Source: Paludibacteraceae bacterium | Lineage (GTDB): Bacteria > Bacteroidota > Bacteroidia > Bacteroidales > Paludibacteraceae | Direction: 5' to 3' | Assembly: GCA_045627765.1 (NCBI GenBank) | Contig: JAZQOG010000036.1 | Location: 1,045-65,044 of the forward strand | DNA: 64,000 nt | Shown: piece after piece, positions 34,526 through 44,601 of the stretch | Layout: every line of letters starts with the position of its first letter | Numbering within the stretch: the stretch's first letter is position 1 | Notes under the pieces: model-generated | The model's input: the letters and a program-made list of their open reading frames with translations, nothing else | Databases searched by the model: none | Told to the model about the DNA's origin: nothing | Made by a program: the position numbers and the translations under genes

Positions 34526-35981
34526 GATTATATTAGTTGCTGCGATAGCTTGTGGGTTGATAGGTTGTAAGAACGATTCGTCTTTGGCGGGCAGTGCTGT
34601 CTTGGAGGAAGAGGACGAGATCTTAGTGAGAGAAGACACCTTCCCGTTTGTCTCTTTCATTGATACATGCGATTATGTTGTAGCAGGAGCCGATTCATTC
34701 TTAGTAGGAGAGCGGCATACCGAATCGGGAGTTATCCGAGCGGATTTGCTTACGCAGTTAGCATGTCCGGAGGGTTATGAGTATCCGAAGAATGTGGAGT
34801 TTGACTCGATAAGGATTTTCCTATACTATAGTTCTTGGACGGGGGATGACCTCACCCCGTTATCCATCAATATGTACGAGATGGACAGGGCTACATTGCA
34901 ATATGCTCCCAATCCTCCGTATCACACGAATGAGGATTTGAGTCAGTTCTGCTCGTTGAGTGACGAGACGCGTATCTTAGAGCACGAGCGAATCATAGTG
35001 GCGGAGCGTTATCAGGACTCGGCGTATTCGTTGACGATGGAAAAATATCAGCCGATGATAGCGTTTACAGTAGACCCCAACAGCGCCTTCTTTGAGCGTT
35101 TTACATCGCATCGGAAATATACCACACAGGACGACTTTAATGAGAATATCTTTAAGGGCTTGTATATCACCTCGGACTTCGGTGGTGCTACGGTTCTGCA
35201 TGTGAATGACGTGACGATGCAGGTCTATTATCATTTCACGTACGAGACCTTCCAACATCAGGACACCACCATCTATGACGTGAAGGGGTTCTATGCCAAT
35301 TCCGAGGTGAAACAACTCAATCGGTTTATCTATGAGGACCGTACGAAGTTATTAACGGATCTACAATCCGATTCGTTATACGATTATTTGGTCGCTCCGG
35401 CAGGTGTCTATACCTATATCGATCTGCCCATGCGTCAGATGTACGATTCGATCATAGGAGATCAGTATAAGACGAAGACGGCTTACGTCAACTTGGCACA
35501 ACTGAAGGTGCAAGTCTATGATAGCGTTTGGGTGACGGATCAAACGAAGAATGCCCGTTTGGCAGGTCAAGCGAGTCATGTGCTGTTGATTCGTGCGGGC
35601 GAAAGCAATAGCCGTATCCACTCGTTCTTTGAGAATAAGGAACTGCCGACTGATACGGTGGCGGTACTCAGTAGCCTGTATTCGGGAGTGGATGAGAATG
35701 GAAACACAATCCATTACTACTCGTTCGATATATCCACACTGCTGACTAATGTCTTGCATTCCGACCCGTCTCAGTTCTCTTTGGGACAGCACACCTTGCG
35801 GATGGCGATGGTGCCCGTGTCCGTGGTTTCGTCTTCTTCGTCTTCGTATAGTAGCAGTAGTATTGTTTCTATTAAGGAAGCGCAGGACGTATCCGCTACG
35901 CGCTTATATAGCGAAAAAAATCCTGCAGCGCACATGACACTGCAGGTTGTAAGTTCGTTATTCTCTAATGTTTATCGTTAG
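34509..35981 (+). CDS. DUF4270-like lipoprotein
   Basis: 490 aa. Lipobox LIGC, Ser-rich tract near the C-terminus. The family call rests on the conserved pairing with the short glycogen synthase. Confidence 0.5.
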   Translation: MTWRNRIILVAAIACGLIGCKNDSSLAGSAVLEEEDEILVREDTFPFVSFIDTCDYVVAGADSFLVGERHTESGVIRADLLTQLACPEGYEYPKNVEFDSIRIFLYYSSWTGDDLTPLSINMYEMDRATLQYAPNPPYHTNEDLSQFCSLSDETRILEHERIIVAERYQDSAYSLTMEKYQPMIAFTVDPNSAFFERFTSHRKYTTQDDFNENIFKGLYITSDFGGATVLHVNDVTMQVYYHFTYETFQHQDTTIYDVKGFYANSEVKQLNRFIYEDRTKLLTDLQSDSLYDYLVAPAGVYTYIDLPMRQMYDSIIGDQYKTKTAYVNLAQLKVQVYDSVWVTDQTKNARLAGQASHVLLIRAGESNSRIHSFFENKELPTDTVAVLSSLYSGVDENGNTIHYYSFDISTLLTNVLHSDPSQFSLGQHTLRMAMVPVSVVSSSSSSYSSSSIVSIKEAQDVSATRLYSEKNPAAHMTLQVVSSLFSNVYR

Positions 35982-35989
35982 ATCTCTTC

Positions 35990-36364
35990 TTACAAAATAG
36001 CTTGGTAAGCCTCGGCATCCATAAGGGTGTCCAGTTCGGCAGCGTTGGTCAAGCGAACCTTGATCATCCAACCTTCGCCGTAAGGATCGTTGTTCACTTT
36101 CTCAGGAGCATCGTTCAATGCTTCGTTGATCTCAATCACTTCACCGCTGGCGGGCATATTCAAGTCAGAAACAGTCTTAACGGCCTCTACCGAACCAAAG
36201 ACTTCACCTTGTGCGAGCGTCTCGCCTTCCGTGTTGATATCTACAAAAACAATCTCACCTAACTCGGATTGAGCATAATCCGTAATGCCTACATAGGCCT
36301 CTTCACCTTCCACACGAATCCATTCGTGCTCTTTGGTGTACTTCACATTTGTTGGAAAATTCAT
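35990..36364 (-). CDS. gcvH: glycine cleavage system H protein
   Basis: 124 aa. YTKEHEWIRVEG and lipoyl-lysine motif VEAVKTVSD. Confidence 0.9.
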   Translation of the reverse strand: MNFPTNVKYTKEHEWIRVEGEEAYVGITDYAQSELGEIVFVDINTEGETLAQGEVFGSVEAVKTVSDLNMPASGEVIEINEALNDAPEKVNNDPYGEGWMIKVRLTNAAELDTLMDAEAYQAIL

Positions 36365-36388
36365 GATATAAACTTATAAAATGGTTAA

Positions 36389-37972
36389 TTATTTAGTTGC
36401 TTTGATTTGATCTCCTAAGGCCGACATAGCGCAACGGAAACCGATGGTGCTAGAGCACTTGGTCTGGTCTAAGTAACGACGCGTAGAGGGGTTGAGCCAA
36501 TAGATACGATCGTTCCACGAACCACCTTTATATACACGCGTAGTCTCGGTGATGGTCGGAGCTAAGATATCCGTAGGATCTCTCTTGACGGTACCGGAAG
36601 CCGCCGTGTCCGTAACGAAGAGAGGAAAATCGGTCTTAACACTATAAGCAAACTCGCCATCACGAGCAGAACGTTTGTCCCCACCGCTTACGACTTCGCG
36701 CAGAACACACCCCAGAGAGTCCAAGATAACACGACCATTCTCAATCACAGGATTGGTGAAGATGTTTCCGCGGAAAGAGTTATATTCGGTAACCTCTTGG
36801 TTACTGGTCTCGCGATAAACATCCAATACCCATTCGTTGACGTTACCCGCCATGTTGTACAATCCGAAATCGTTCGGACCAAAAGCATCTACAGGAGCGG
36901 TGGTTACATAACCATCATTGAGGGCTCCACTGACACCCATCATGTCGCCTCGACCACGGGTGAAGTTAGCACGCATCATACCTTTAACATCTTTGCCTAA
37001 GTCACGAGGATGATAACCGGACCAAGGATAGGTCTTACCCTCGATGGTCAATCCGTCTTCCCCTGCCACAGGAGCGTAAGCCGCAAACTCCCACTCCGCT
37101 TCGGTCGGGAGACGATAGTCAATCACGGTGATACCATCCGTACGATTGGCTTTGCGAGCATTGCCGTTACCGTCATATAAGGCCTTACGACCACCTTCGG
37201 GGTTATAGAAATTGTCTAAATAGTATTTCTCCGTATTGAAAACAAACTTGTCACGAATATATTCGTAATTAGGACGATACATGTTCTGTCCCTCTTCGCC
37301 CGTACCTTCGCTTTGCACTTCTACGGGATCCATCCAGTAACCGGTCGCCGCTTCCCATTGCTCCTTCGCTGCCTCATCGTAGATAGGATTGAGCGAAGCA
37401 AAATCGGGATAATTCAACAAACCTGCCTGAATGAGCAAGAGCTCGTTCACGCGGTCGGTACGCCATTGACAATAACGCATCGCTTGTTCCCACGATACAC
37501 CCACTACAGGGTAGAAGGAGAACATCGTACTCTCGTAATAGTTCTCAATCAAAGGCTCGTTGTATGCCAGATCGTCCTTCCAAACCGACTGGTCGGGACT
37601 GGCTTTCTGTACCAACTCGGGAGCAACTTGACCAAACACACACTGTACCCAGTGAACATACTCACGCCAGTTGAGGTTCGTAATCTCATATTTATCCATG
37701 AAGAAAGAACTAACCGTAATCGTACGGTGAGCATTGTTACGAGGAGCGGTGATGAACTCATCCGTCTCACCAATCGTAAACACACCTCCCTCAATGGGAA
37801 CCATTCCAATAGGAGCAGCGCATAAACCTTCGGCCGCTTGGAAGTTCGTGGTCTTCGTGTCAAAATAATTCCAACCGGTAGTGTTAGAAACTTTAGTGTT
37901 CAATTCTCTCTTGTTTCCGCATGCGCAGAGGGTAATTAACCCAATCAAAAGCAAACATTTTGTGTACTTCAT
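36389..37972 (-). CDS. gldJ: GldJ-like lipoprotein (FGE/SUMF1-fold, T9SS/gliding-associated family)
   Basis: Trimmed to MKYTKCLLLIGLITLCACGNK (527 aa). SNTTGWNYFD, IEGGVFTIGE and FFMDKYEITN motifs. Confidence 0.6.
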   Translation of the reverse strand: MKYTKCLLLIGLITLCACGNKRELNTKVSNTTGWNYFDTKTTNFQAAEGLCAAPIGMVPIEGGVFTIGETDEFITAPRNNAHRTITVSSFFMDKYEITNLNWREYVHWVQCVFGQVAPELVQKASPDQSVWKDDLAYNEPLIENYYESTMFSFYPVVGVSWEQAMRYCQWRTDRVNELLLIQAGLLNYPDFASLNPIYDEAAKEQWEAATGYWMDPVEVQSEGTGEEGQNMYRPNYEYIRDKFVFNTEKYYLDNFYNPEGGRKALYDGNGNARKANRTDGITVIDYRLPTEAEWEFAAYAPVAGEDGLTIEGKTYPWSGYHPRDLGKDVKGMMRANFTRGRGDMMGVSGALNDGYVTTAPVDAFGPNDFGLYNMAGNVNEWVLDVYRETSNQEVTEYNSFRGNIFTNPVIENGRVILDSLGCVLREVVSGGDKRSARDGEFAYSVKTDFPLFVTDTAASGTVKRDPTDILAPTITETTRVYKGGSWNDRIYWLNPSTRRYLDQTKCSSTIGFRCAMSALGDQIKATK

Positions 37973-37997
37973 ATCACGTGATTTTATTTTCAGCCTG

Positions 37998-38005
37998 CAA
38001 AGGTA
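37998..38005 (-). promoter_or_regulatory. -7 box TACCTTTG for the gldJ-like gene
   Basis: Plus strand reads caaaggta, 26 nt upstream of ATG 37972. Confidence 0.65.
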
Positions 38006-38129
38006 CAAAATATTTTTGAATTACCCAACAATTTTTTGCAAAATGTGAAGAAAAAATGCTTTTTTTCCAAAAAAATGATTTTTTTTTGCATTAAATGGGT
38101 TGAGATTTGGGATTTTGCGAGATTTTTTG

Positions 38130-38137
38130 TAATTTTG
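38130..38137 (+). promoter_or_regulatory. -7 box TAATTTTG for folP-cdaA
   Basis: 17 nt upstream of ATG 38154. Confidence 0.6.
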
Positions 38138-38153
38138 TCGTCCATTTTGAAAG

Positions 38154-38927
38154 ATGTCATCGCCATACGTCATAGGGATACTGAATATCACCCCGGATAG
38201 TTTTGCTCAATCAGGGGAAAAAATGGATGTGTCTTCGGTGGTAGATCGAGCTCTTTCGATGGTGGAAGAAGGCGCGTATGGGTTAGATATCGGGGCGGTG
38301 GCTACCCACCCGGGTGCGGCTCCTGTCTCTAAAGAGGAGGAGGAACGTCGGTTAAGCGAGGTGTTACCTGCTATCCGTCGAGCGTTGCCGAATACCCCCT
38401 TGTCGGTGGATACCTATCGCGCCGATATAGCGGAACGTGCCATAGAGATGGGCGTGGATGTGATCAACGACATCTCCGGAGGACAGTGGGACGAACGGAT
38501 GTGGGACGTCGTAGCAAAAGCGAGAGTGGGGTATGTGTTAGGACATACCTTGGGAACGGTGACCGATCCGACGAAGGAGGGGCAGTATACGGACCTGATG
38601 GCGGATATATTGGATTATTTTGTTCGTCGTTTGGATAACCTCCATCGCAAAGGCGTGAGCAAGGTGATTATCGATCCCGGGTTCGGGTTCTCGAAGACGA
38701 CGGAACAGAACCTGTACTTATTGGAGCATCTGCAATACTTGCAATGGTTAGATACACCGGTGATGGTCGGTATATCGCGCAAGCGAATGATATATGAACC
38801 TTTAGGTGTGAAACCTACTTCGCCCCAAGCGTTGGAGGCGAGTCTGCAAGCCGAACGTATCGCTTTGCAGAAAGGGGCGAAATACCTACGTGTACATGAT
38901 GTAAAAGAAACAGTAAAACTATGTTAG
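38154..38927 (+). CDS. folP: dihydropteroate synthase
   Basis: 257 aa. GILNITPDSF, DIGA and NDISGG motifs. Confidence 0.9.
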   Translation: MSSPYVIGILNITPDSFAQSGEKMDVSSVVDRALSMVEEGAYGLDIGAVATHPGAAPVSKEEEERRLSEVLPAIRRALPNTPLSVDTYRADIAERAIEMGVDVINDISGGQWDERMWDVVAKARVGYVLGHTLGTVTDPTKEGQYTDLMADILDYFVRRLDNLHRKGVSKVIIDPGFGFSKTTEQNLYLLEHLQYLQWLDTPVMVGISRKRMIYEPLGVKPTSPQALEASLQAERIALQKGAKYLRVHDVKETVKLC

Positions 38928-39679
38928 GACTTCATTTTGGCATCAAAGATGTGATCGACATCTTATTGGTAGCAACCATCTTATATTATGGTTACGTCAT
39001 TTTGCGTCGTTCCGGAGCGGCTAACTTGTTCTGGGGAATCTTCGCGTTCTTGGTTATCTGGGTGTTAGTCAGTTTCGTCTTCCAATTGGAGTTGACGGGC
39101 GCCTTGTTCGACCGTATCATCAGTGTGGGCGCGATAGCGTTGATTGTCCTCTTCCAAGAGGAGATACGCTCGTTCTTCTACCATGTAGGCTCGCGGTTTA
39201 GTGCCTTTAAGATACAAAGTAAGATGGTGCGAGAGGAGGAACGCGAACAACAGATACAGCAGATTATGTCCGCTTGTATGACCATGTCGCAAGAGAAAGT
39301 GGGGGCCCTCATTGTGCTGAGAAACAAACAAGAGCTGAGCGTTTTTATGGATACGGGAGAGAAAGTGGATGCCGTTATTTCGGCTCGATTGATACGGAAC
39401 CTGTTCTTCAAGAACTCGCCTTTGCACGATGGCGCAATGTTCATTAGTAAGAACCGCATCGAGTGTGCAGGATGTATCTTACCCGTGTCGAGAAATAGGG
39501 ACCTGCCTACTTTCTATGGACTTCGCCACCGTGCGGCATTAGGTCTGACCGAAGTGACAGACGCGACTTGTATCGTCGTCTCGGAGGAAACGGGAAGTAT
39601 ATCCGTCGCACAATCGAAGATGCTCAAGATGGTGACCGAGTCGGAATTAAGGGCTATATTATATAAGGAATTAAATTAA
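38921..39679 (+). CDS. cdaA: diadenylate cyclase, membrane-anchored (DisA_N)
   Basis: 252 aa. Three N-terminal TM helices, with DGAM, RHRAALG and TGSISV motifs. Confidence 0.85.
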   Translation: MLGLHFGIKDVIDILLVATILYYGYVILRRSGAANLFWGIFAFLVIWVLVSFVFQLELTGALFDRIISVGAIALIVLFQEEIRSFFYHVGSRFSAFKIQSKMVREEEREQQIQQIMSACMTMSQEKVGALIVLRNKQELSVFMDTGEKVDAVISARLIRNLFFKNSPLHDGAMFISKNRIECAGCILPVSRNRDLPTFYGLRHRAALGLTEVTDATCIVVSEETGSISVAQSKMLKMVTESELRAILYKELN

Positions 39680-39686
39680 TATATAT

Positions 39687-41759
39687 ATGTATAAACGCAC
39701 ATTAGTAACATCCGCACTGCCGTATGCTAACGGACCGGTGCATATTGGACACTTAGCAGGGGTCTATGTTCCTGCTGACATCTATGTCCGCTATCTTCGT
39801 CTAAAAGGAATACCCGTCTTGTTTGTGGGCGGTAGTGATGAACACGGCGTTCCCGTAACCATCCGTGCTCGTAAAGAGGGAATCACCACGCAAGAGGTGG
39901 TGGATCGCTATCACTCGCTGATTAAGAGATCGTTTGAACAGTTCGGTATCTCGTTTGATGTCTATTCGCGTACTACCTCTGCCATCCATCATCAGTTCGC
40001 TTCGGATTATTTCCGTAAGTTATACGATGAAGGCAAGTTCGTAGAACAAACCACCGAGCAGTTCTTTGATCCCGAGACGCAGGAGTTCTTGACCGACCGT
40101 AATATCAAGGGCGAATGTCCTCGCTGCCACGCACAAGGTGCCTACGGCGACCAATGCGAGAAATGCGGTGCCACCCTTTCACCCGACGAACTGATCAATC
40201 CGTATAATGCGGTCAATGGTAACCCCTTGACCAAGAAAGCGACCTCACACTGGTATCTGCCGTTGGACCAATACCAGTCGTGGCTCGAGAACTGGATTCT
40301 TGAGAGCCATAAAGAGTGGCGCCCGAATGTGTATGGACAGTGTAAGTCGTGGCTCGATGGCGGACTCAAACCGCGTGCCGTGACCCGAGACCTGGATTGG
40401 GGAATCCCCGTGCCCGTAGAAGGAGCCGACGGCAAAGTCCTATATGTATGGTTCGATGCGCCCATCGGATATATATCGAACACCAAGGAACTCTGCGACG
40501 CACAACCCGATAAATACGGAAAGTGGGAGACGTGGTGGAAAGACCCCGAGACCCGTCTTATCCATTTCATTGGGAAAGATAATATCGTGTTCCACTGCAT
40601 CGTCTTCCCGTCGATGCTCAAAGCTGATGGCAGTTATATCCTGCCCGATAATGTTCCGTCTAACGAGTTCTTGAACCTCGAAGGCGATAAGATCTCCACT
40701 TCTCGTAACTGGGCAGTATGGCTCAACGAGTATCTGGATGACTTCCCCGGCAAGCAGGATGTGCTTCGGTATGTGCTGACCGCGAATGCGCCCGAGACCA
40801 AAGACAACGATTTCACATGGGCGGACTTCCAAGCGCGTAACAACAACGAACTGGTCGCTATCTATGGAAACTTCGTCAATCGTGCTTTAGTGCTGACGCA
40901 GAAATACTTTGAAGGTAAAGTGCCTGCTTGCCATGGGCTTAATGATTATGACAAAACCACCTTGGCGGAGTTTGCTAATGTGAAGGCACAACTTGAAGAA
41001 CTGTTAGAGAACTTCCGCTTCCGTGATGCACAGAAAGAGGCTATGAACCTCGCCCGTATCGGAAATAAGTACCTCGCCGATACCGAACCATGGAAGATGG
41101 CGAAGACCGATATGGAGCGTACTGCCACGATCCTGCACTTGGCTTTGCAGATTGCCGCTAACCTCAGTATCGCTTTTGAACCCTTCCTGCCCTTCTCGTC
41201 CGCTAAACTGCGCGAGATGTTAGCTATGCCCGAAGTCAATTGGAACCGTTTGGGTGCCATCGACTTGTTAGAGGAAGGACATGTCTTAGGCCAAGCCAGT
41301 CTGCTCTTTGAGAAGATCGAGGACGAGACCATACAAAAACAGTTGGATCGTTTAGCCCGTATCAAAGCCGAAAACGAGGCTAAAGCCAAAGAGGAGGAAG
41401 CGAAGAACTGGAAACCCGCGGCTGTCAAAGCGGATACGAACATCGACGAGTTTGACAAAACGGATATCCGTGTGGCAACGGTGTTAGAGTGTGTACCCGT
41501 GAAGAAGTCCGAGCGTCTGCTGCAATTTAAGTTAGACGATGGTATGGGCGGCAGAACGATTCTTAGTGGTATAGCACAGTCCTATCCCGATCCGTCGGTG
41601 CTGGTAGGGAAGCAAGTGCTTTTTATTGCGAACTTCCCTCCGCGTAAGATGATGGGTATTGAGAGCCAAGGAATGATCTTGTCCGCAGTGGATGCTGACG
41701 GCAAGTTAGTCGTTACAACGGTCTCTAAACCGGTCAAAAATGGGGCACAAGTAGGCTAA
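39687..41759 (+). CDS. metG: methionine--tRNA ligase with a C-terminal tRNA-binding domain
   Basis: 690 aa. HIGH (HIGHLAG), zinc knuckles CPRC..CEKCG, and KISTSR (KMSKS-type). Confidence 0.95.
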   Translation: MYKRTLVTSALPYANGPVHIGHLAGVYVPADIYVRYLRLKGIPVLFVGGSDEHGVPVTIRARKEGITTQEVVDRYHSLIKRSFEQFGISFDVYSRTTSAIHHQFASDYFRKLYDEGKFVEQTTEQFFDPETQEFLTDRNIKGECPRCHAQGAYGDQCEKCGATLSPDELINPYNAVNGNPLTKKATSHWYLPLDQYQSWLENWILESHKEWRPNVYGQCKSWLDGGLKPRAVTRDLDWGIPVPVEGADGKVLYVWFDAPIGYISNTKELCDAQPDKYGKWETWWKDPETRLIHFIGKDNIVFHCIVFPSMLKADGSYILPDNVPSNEFLNLEGDKISTSRNWAVWLNEYLDDFPGKQDVLRYVLTANAPETKDNDFTWADFQARNNNELVAIYGNFVNRALVLTQKYFEGKVPACHGLNDYDKTTLAEFANVKAQLEELLENFRFRDAQKEAMNLARIGNKYLADTEPWKMAKTDMERTATILHLALQIAANLSIAFEPFLPFSSAKLREMLAMPEVNWNRLGAIDLLEEGHVLGQASLLFEKIEDETIQKQLDRLARIKAENEAKAKEEEAKNWKPAAVKADTNIDEFDKTDIRVATVLECVPVKKSERLLQFKLDDGMGGRTILSGIAQSYPDPSVLVGKQVLFIANFPPRKMMGIESQGMILSAVDADGKLVVTTVSKPVKNGAQVG

Positions 41760-41826
41760 AATTGGAAAAAGTGCTGTTTTTTGTACAAAAATTGCGAAAA
41801 AATTTGCGTATATGAAAAAAAAGCAG

Positions 41827-41834
41827 TACTTTTG
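41827..41834 (+). promoter_or_regulatory. -7 box TACTTTTG for the tRNA gene
   Basis: A TTTG lies about 20 nt upstream. The tRNA 5' end is 46 nt downstream. Confidence 0.65.
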
Positions 41835-41879
41835 CACTCGCTTTCGTTTGAAAGTGGTCGCTCGCTCTGTCGAGCTCGC

Positions 41880-41956
41880 GGCGGGGTAGCTCAGCTGGTT
41901 AGAGCGCATGATTCATAATCATGAGGTCCCCGGTTCAATCCCGGGCCCCGCTACCA
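41880..41956 (+). tRNA. tRNA with CAT anticodon (elongator Met-like, with encoded CCA)
   Basis: GGCGGGG/CCCCGCT acceptor, D arm GCTC..GAGC, anticodon arm CATGA-TTCATAA-TCATG, T arm CCCGG-TTCAATC-CCGGG, ACCA end. It lacks the three G:C pairs of initiator anticodon stems. Confidence 0.85.
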
Positions 41957-41988
41957 AGAGACGCAACCATTCGGCTGCGTCTCTTTTT
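41957..41988 (+). terminator. rho-independent terminator
   Basis: AGAGACGCA-accattcggc-TGCGTCTCT followed by TTTT. Confidence 0.75.
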
Positions 41989-41997
41989 ATTTTCTTC

Positions 41998-42079
41998 TTT
42001 TGCGGTGCGGACGCAAAACGCGCCCTACCCGTAACTAAAAAGGTATTCGCTTGCGCGGATACCTTTTTGCGGTGCGGAC
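41998..42079. repeat. 15-bp direct repeat TTTGCGGTGCGGACG (41998-42012 and 42065-42079). The second copy covers the 3' end of tRNA-Asp.
   Basis: Read directly. The repeat includes the last 11 nt of the tRNA plus 4 flanking nt. Confidence 0.9.
42036..42067 (-). terminator. terminator of tRNA-Asp (bidirectional geometry)
   Basis: AAAAAGGTAT-tcgcttgcgcgg-ATACCTTTTT. Confidence 0.7.
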
Positions 42080-42143
42080 GAGACTCGAACTCGCGACCTA
42101 CGGCGTGACAGGCCGGTATTCTAAACCAACTGAACTACCGCAC
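42069..42143 (-). tRNA. tRNA-Asp (GTC)
   Basis: The reverse complement reads GGTGCGGTAGTTCAGTTGGTTTAGAATACCGGCCTGTCACGCCGTAGGTCGCGAGTTCGAGTCTCGTCCGCACCG, close to the canonical bacterial tRNA-Asp. Confidence 0.9.
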
Positions 42144-42170
42144 CAGGGACTTTCTCTCTCGAAAGCGGGT

Positions 42171-42178
42171 GCAAAGGT
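42171..42178 (-). promoter_or_regulatory. -7 box TACCTTTG for tRNA-Asp
   Basis: Plus strand reads caaaggta, followed by cgacatttttttgatatgaccaaat. Confidence 0.65.
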
Positions 42179-42315
42179 ACGACATTTTTTTGATATGACC
42201 AAATTTTTTTGATGTTTTTTTTCAAAAAAATGCATTTTTCTCGATTTTTAGGGGTGGAATAGGCAAAAAATGAGGATTTTTGTGGATAGTATTTGTATAT
42301 TTCCTAATTTTTTTG

Positions 42316-42323
42316 TACCTTTG
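42316..42323 (+). promoter_or_regulatory. -7 box TACCTTTG for the acyltransferase gene
   Basis: 24 nt upstream of ATG 42347. Confidence 0.65.
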
Positions 42324-42346
42324 CACGTCTTTTTGAATAGAAGATA

Positions 42347-43372
42347 ATGTCACGCATTCAAGACGAAAATAAAGTGTATGAGTTTTTTCGCCCGTTTGTA
42401 GATTGGATGTTCCGACATTCTTATCGGCATTTCCAATATGTAGGGCTGGAAAACATACCCCAAGATGGTGCTATTATTTTTGCGCCTAATCATACCAACG
42501 CCCTTTGTGACGCAATGTGTATCTTAGGCATTGACGGTCGGCGCAAAGTGTTTGTAGCTCGTGCCGATATCTTCAAAAATCCTAAACAAGCTAAGCTTCT
42601 CAATTTCTTCAAGATCCTTCCTATCAATCGCCTGCGCGATGGACTGGAGGCCGTTCGACATGACGATGAGACAATGGATAAGGCGGTGGAGGTGCTGAAC
42701 GATGGCGTTCCTTTCTGCATCCTACCCGAAGGTACACATCGCCCCAAACACTCGTTGCTGCCCCTAACAAAAGGAATCTTCCGTATCGCACTGAGAGCCA
42801 ACGATAAGTTCGGCCACGAAAAACCGGTTTATATCGTGCCGGTAGGATTGGAATATGGGGATTATTACCACCTATGGGACTCGCTGACGGTGAATATCGG
42901 TAAACCCATCAATGTGACGCAGTTCGTGAAGGATGTGCAAGCCAATGCGACAGTGGAACTGACGCAACCGCAGATCATCAATATGCTACGAGACGAACTG
43001 ACCGATCGCATGCGTGAACAGATCTTGTGGGTGCCCGACGATGAACATTACGAGGAGAATCTTAAGAAGTTACAAGAGAATCCACCCGCACCCTTTGATA
43101 AGTTCAAGAAGCATAGGATTCCGCGTTGGGCTCTGCTGATCTTACTTATATTGATGACACCCCTCTTTGTGGTGTGTGCTGCCGTGACATTACCTATCTG
43201 GCTGGTTTGGTTTATTATTCGTGGGAAGTTTAAGGATCCCGCCTTCCATAATTCTGTACAATATTTATGGCAACTGATTTGTATTCCGCTGTTGTTCTTT
43301 ATTCAAGCTCCCTTCTGGATCTTCTTCCAAGAGTACTTGTATCAAGTGCGACAGTATCAGAAGGGCGGATAG
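42347..43372 (+). CDS. PlsC-family (lysophospholipid) acyltransferase with C-terminal TM helices
   Basis: 341 aa. HX4D motif NHTNALCD and PEGTHR motif. Confidence 0.75.
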   Translation: MSRIQDENKVYEFFRPFVDWMFRHSYRHFQYVGLENIPQDGAIIFAPNHTNALCDAMCILGIDGRRKVFVARADIFKNPKQAKLLNFFKILPINRLRDGLEAVRHDDETMDKAVEVLNDGVPFCILPEGTHRPKHSLLPLTKGIFRIALRANDKFGHEKPVYIVPVGLEYGDYYHLWDSLTVNIGKPINVTQFVKDVQANATVELTQPQIINMLRDELTDRMREQILWVPDDEHYEENLKKLQENPPAPFDKFKKHRIPRWALLILLILMTPLFVVCAAVTLPIWLVWFIIRGKFKDPAFHNSVQYLWQLICIPLLFFIQAPFWIFFQEYLYQVRQYQKGG

Positions 43373-43395
43373 GCGGATAGGCGGAAAGGCGAATA
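43364..43395 (+). repeat. 8-bp-period GGCGGATA x4, which supplies the stop codon of the acyltransferase gene
   Basis: ggcggata ggcggata ggcggaaa ggcgaata. The TAG at 43370-43372 spans units 1 and 2. Confidence 0.9.
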
Positions 43396-43418
43396 AACAA
43401 AAAAAGAGAAAAGATGTT

Positions 43419-44600
43419 ATGATTAGAGTTTTTGTGATTTTGGGGCTGTATATTGTGGCTCCGGTGGTGATTATTGAGGCTTTTAAGCATTGGACGTGGG
43501 CGCAGAAGATTGGTACCGTTGTGTTGGCGTATGCCGTAGGAATCATTTTAGCCTTGTCGGGGGCTTGTTCGTTTGAAGTAGGAACGGCAGCTGCGGCAAC
43601 GTTTGGCAAAGTGCAGTCGTTGATTATGAGTGTGGCGGTACCGTTGGCTATTCCGTTGATGCTGTTTAACTGCGACTTCAAACTATGGACGAAAGCGCTG
43701 CCAAAGACCATTTGGGCGCTTGTAGGTGGTGTCGTAGCGGTGGTGATCTCGGTCGTTACCGGTTATCTGATTTTCCGTAACCAAGGTATTCCCGAGATAG
43801 AAAAGGTGTCGGCAATGATGACGGGTATCTATACGGGCGGAACGATGAACTTCAACGCCTTGGGGGCTTCGTTAGGGGTCGATAAGTCCGTGATGGCTAT
43901 CGTGCTGGCGTTTGAGATGGTGCTCACTACACCTTATATATTTTTTATAATAGGAGGCGGCTATAAGATCTTCCGTAAGATTTTGCCGTATGAGGATGTG
44001 ACGCGTCGTGGTCGCAAGGACAGTGCGGATATCCCAACGGGTGATGTAGAGAACTACCGTGGTATGTTCAAGAAAGGGAATGTAGGGGGGATGTTCCTCG
44101 GTTTGGGACTGAGTGTGCTGTTCTTGGCTATTGGAGCGGGACTGAGTTTGCTTATTACGGGTAATTTGAACGAGTTGGTGGTGATATTGACCATCACGAC
44201 GTTGGCGATTATTGCCTCGTTCTTCAAGAAAGTGAGAGAACTGCCTAAGACGTTTGAGTTGGGTATGTTCTTTATTCTTATTTTTAGTGTGATTGTGGCA
44301 TCGCTCTTTGATATCCATAGCCTCAATGGCGGTGCGATGATGATTGGCGCGTTAGTGGCTTGGATTATGGTTATGAGTGCGCTGATTCACTTGGCGTTCT
44401 GCCGAGCAATGAAAGTCAGTGGCGATTTATTCACGGTGGGGCAGGTGGCGCTGCTTTGTTCGCCTCCGTTCGTTCCTCCGGTAGTAGGCGCAATGAAAAA
44501 TAAAAAAGTGTTACTCAGCGGTATAGTGATAGGATTGGTCGGGTACGCGATAGGTACGTACCTCGGTGTGGCGATAGCATGGCTGCTGCCGTTGTTATAG
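43419..44600 (+). CDS. polytopic membrane protein, DUF819-like
   Basis: 393 aa with about 11 hydrophobic helices. The family name is recognition only. Confidence 0.55.
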   Translation: MIRVFVILGLYIVAPVVIIEAFKHWTWAQKIGTVVLAYAVGIILALSGACSFEVGTAAAATFGKVQSLIMSVAVPLAIPLMLFNCDFKLWTKALPKTIWALVGGVVAVVISVVTGYLIFRNQGIPEIEKVSAMMTGIYTGGTMNFNALGASLGVDKSVMAIVLAFEMVLTTPYIFFIIGGGYKIFRKILPYEDVTRRGRKDSADIPTGDVENYRGMFKKGNVGGMFLGLGLSVLFLAIGAGLSLLITGNLNELVVILTITTLAIIASFFKKVRELPKTFELGMFFILIFSVIVASLFDIHSLNGGAMMIGALVAWIMVMSALIHLAFCRAMKVSGDLFTVGQVALLCSPPFVPPVVGAMKNKKVLLSGIVIGLVGYAIGTYLGVAIAWLLPLL

Positions 44601-44601
44601 T

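Noticed and set aside
41880-41956. Initiator tRNA-fMet identity for either CAT-anticodon tRNA.
   Set aside because: Neither has the three consecutive G:C pairs in the anticodon stem or the 1:72 mismatch typical of bacterial initiators. Elongator Met and lysidine-type Ile2 cannot be separated by eye, so both are left as CAT tRNAs.
41706-42108. ORFs 41706-41909 (-) and 41908-42108 (+).
   Set aside because: They overlap the tRNA genes, their promoter and their terminators.
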